This document shows, one piece after another, positions 62,126-64,000 of a stretch of DNA of 64,000 nucleotides. A model generated the notes under the pieces. The model saw nothing but the letters and a program-made list of their open reading frames with translations. It did not search any database and was not told the origin of the DNA. How positions within the stretch are numbered: position 1 is the stretch's first letter; each line of letters opens with the position of its first letter. The DNA is from Macrostomum lignano. Lineage: Eukaryota. The stretch lies in contig NIVC01000084.1 in NCBI GenBank assembly GCA_002269645.1, positions 558,001 to 622,000 of the forward strand, written 5' to 3'. A program made the position numbers and the translations under genes.

Positions 62126-62689
62126 CGCTCCTCTATCTCCCAATCCTTTTACAGCATGTTGAACTCATCTTTTAACTAAGTGTGGCTATCAACGAGTTTC
62201 AATCAGCAATAGACTCAACAGTGCAATATACACTCATATCATGGGTTAAAGGCAGTCATTTGTTACACTTATTCGCTTACAATCCCTCTAGTTTTGTGCT
62301 GTCCGGAAATAAAGTAGTTTTCATTTGAAGTACTTGTCCGTATTCATCCGTATTTGTCAAACTGTGTGCTTTGTTTTCTTTCAAATGATTCTTATTTATA
62401 TATTTATTAATAACTTGTTAATATCAACTCTGTCTTCCCTGACTTACATTTCATTCTATTTCAAAGTGTAAATTTTCTATTTAGCCTCTATCTGATTGAG
62501 TAGCTATTGATCTGATTGCTCTATTTTATTAAACACGTGTGACTTGTGCTTATTGCTAATAAATTATGAAAGTTAAAAGTGATTGGATCCTTCTTAATGT
62601 ACTTTCAGTGGAATTTCGGGCCAAAGAGGAGCAACTTCGCTCGTAAATGTACATGATCTGAGTGGCGTGTGTAGGAATTTTAACCCCAA

Positions 62690-63080
62690 GATCGGACACA
62701 CCATCCCAGAGATCGGACACACCATCCCACAGATCGGACACACCATCCCAGAGATCGGACACATCATCCCAGAGATCGGACACACCATCCCAGAGATCAG
62801 ACACATCATCCCAGAGATTAGACACACCATCCCAGAGATCGGACACATCATCCCAGAGATCGGACACATCATCCCAGAGATCGGACACATCATCCCAGAG
62901 ATTGGACACACCATCCCAGAGATCGGACACATCATCCCAGAGATCGGACACATCATCCCAGAGATCGGACACATCATCCCAGAGATTGGACACACCATCC
63001 CAGAGATCGGACACATCATCCCAGAGATTAGACACACCATCCCAGAGATCGGACACATCATCCCAGAGATCGGACACCCA
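62690..63080. repeat. 21-bp minisatellite, about 18 copies
   Basis: Unit gatcggacaca(c/t)catcccaga. Confidence 0.95.
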
Positions 63081-64000
63081 GAGAACACCGAAATGAAAAA
63101 CTTTCGCATGAAGGTAACAGCATTTATGTCATAGTTGGATACTTGTAACATTATACTATAGAATGGGGGCAGACATGCAGCATCGCAGATCATAGCCAAT
63201 ACACCTAGTCTGCCTCGATACTTCACAGGCATGCTAAAATGCCTTCGCTAGCCCAGCCTCTAAGTCTAAGAGAAGTCAGGCAGGACGCAAAAGAGAGATA
63301 GACAAAATATTTAAAACAATAGGGGAGAACGAGAGGCCGCCCAGCAGTAGTAGACAGAAGCAGCAGAGCTCATTGGGATCGGATTAATGAGGCCCCCATC
63401 TCAGTGGCAGGAGCCGCCGGACAGCGCGGTAAACAGAGGCGCAACGCCAGCCCAAAAATGCCTGACGAACGTGGGGCTGGAGAGACGGCTTGCAACACGC
63501 AACCACTGTAGCCGCGCACCTCGCTAATAACCCCCACCTCCGCTACGTTGGTAACCCGCTATATTTTTTCTGTGGAATTATAGGGATACAAAAACTCCAA
63601 CATCGGCATGGGATGGAAAGCAAGGATGCTCAATGGAACACATCGCACAATAAAATCTGTTGCGGATTATCATGGATATCAAAGTCGTCCCACTTGAAGT
63701 TGCAACTTGCAACCCCCTGCGGGATCAGGTCCCTGAGCTCCTTAACTCAAAATTTACGACTGCAACCCACATCCATTGGGGCTTGGAAGACAGCCTTCAA
63801 TTTTATGCCGTCGAGTTTCTGAACCTGGGTTCGAGTCCCATTCAAGACCACATAAATTTGATGTCATACCCGGAACCCATCTGCAGACCAGTCACTCTAA
63901 TGAGGTTTATAATCTATCCAAAGTCATACCATAGACTGCGTACCTGCCTGAAATTGAGAAAGTCAGAGCCGCTGTTGTCTCCCTCTGTGCATGCTCAGAG

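Noticed and set aside
62556-63232. Heptapeptide-repeat ORFs (IGHTIPE, DVSDLWD, CPISGMM)
   Set aside because: A 21-bp unit open in several frames on both strands, with non-silent variants and no coherent gene model.

Overview
Eukaryotic (metazoan) genomic DNA with GT-AG introns. Minisatellite-filled introns and GC-rich exons suggest a Macrostomum-like flatworm (inference only). Gene models were assembled by hand from splice sites and codon phase. In order: (1) a calpain-type penta-EF-hand coding end (+, 5-559); (2) a 4-exon, 148-aa calmodulin-like gene (-) whose third intron is a 5.1-kb 56-bp satellite with higher-order structure; (3) a 3-exon gene not visible in the ORF track (+, 11316-12770), encoding a signal peptide and 37 tandem KK-delimited WLSDGFRN-type units, resembling a neuropeptide or secreted-peptide prohormone (the top finding); (4) HDAC6 (-, 15 exons); (5) MIX23/CCDC58 (-, 3 exons); (6) TTLL5 (+, 7 exons); (7) a secreted WSC-domain gene (-, exon joining unresolved); (8) phosphorylase kinase alpha subunit (+, at least 16 exons, start not found). 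Most larger introns carry their own tandem repeat. Three MITEs with 8-bp target-site duplications (hAT-like) and a Tc1-like transposase remnant are present. No rRNA, complete tRNA or CRISPR array was seen. Most long ORFs in the track are artefacts of stop-free repeats. Family assignments come from recalled motifs, not database searches, and repeat boundaries and copy counts are by eye.
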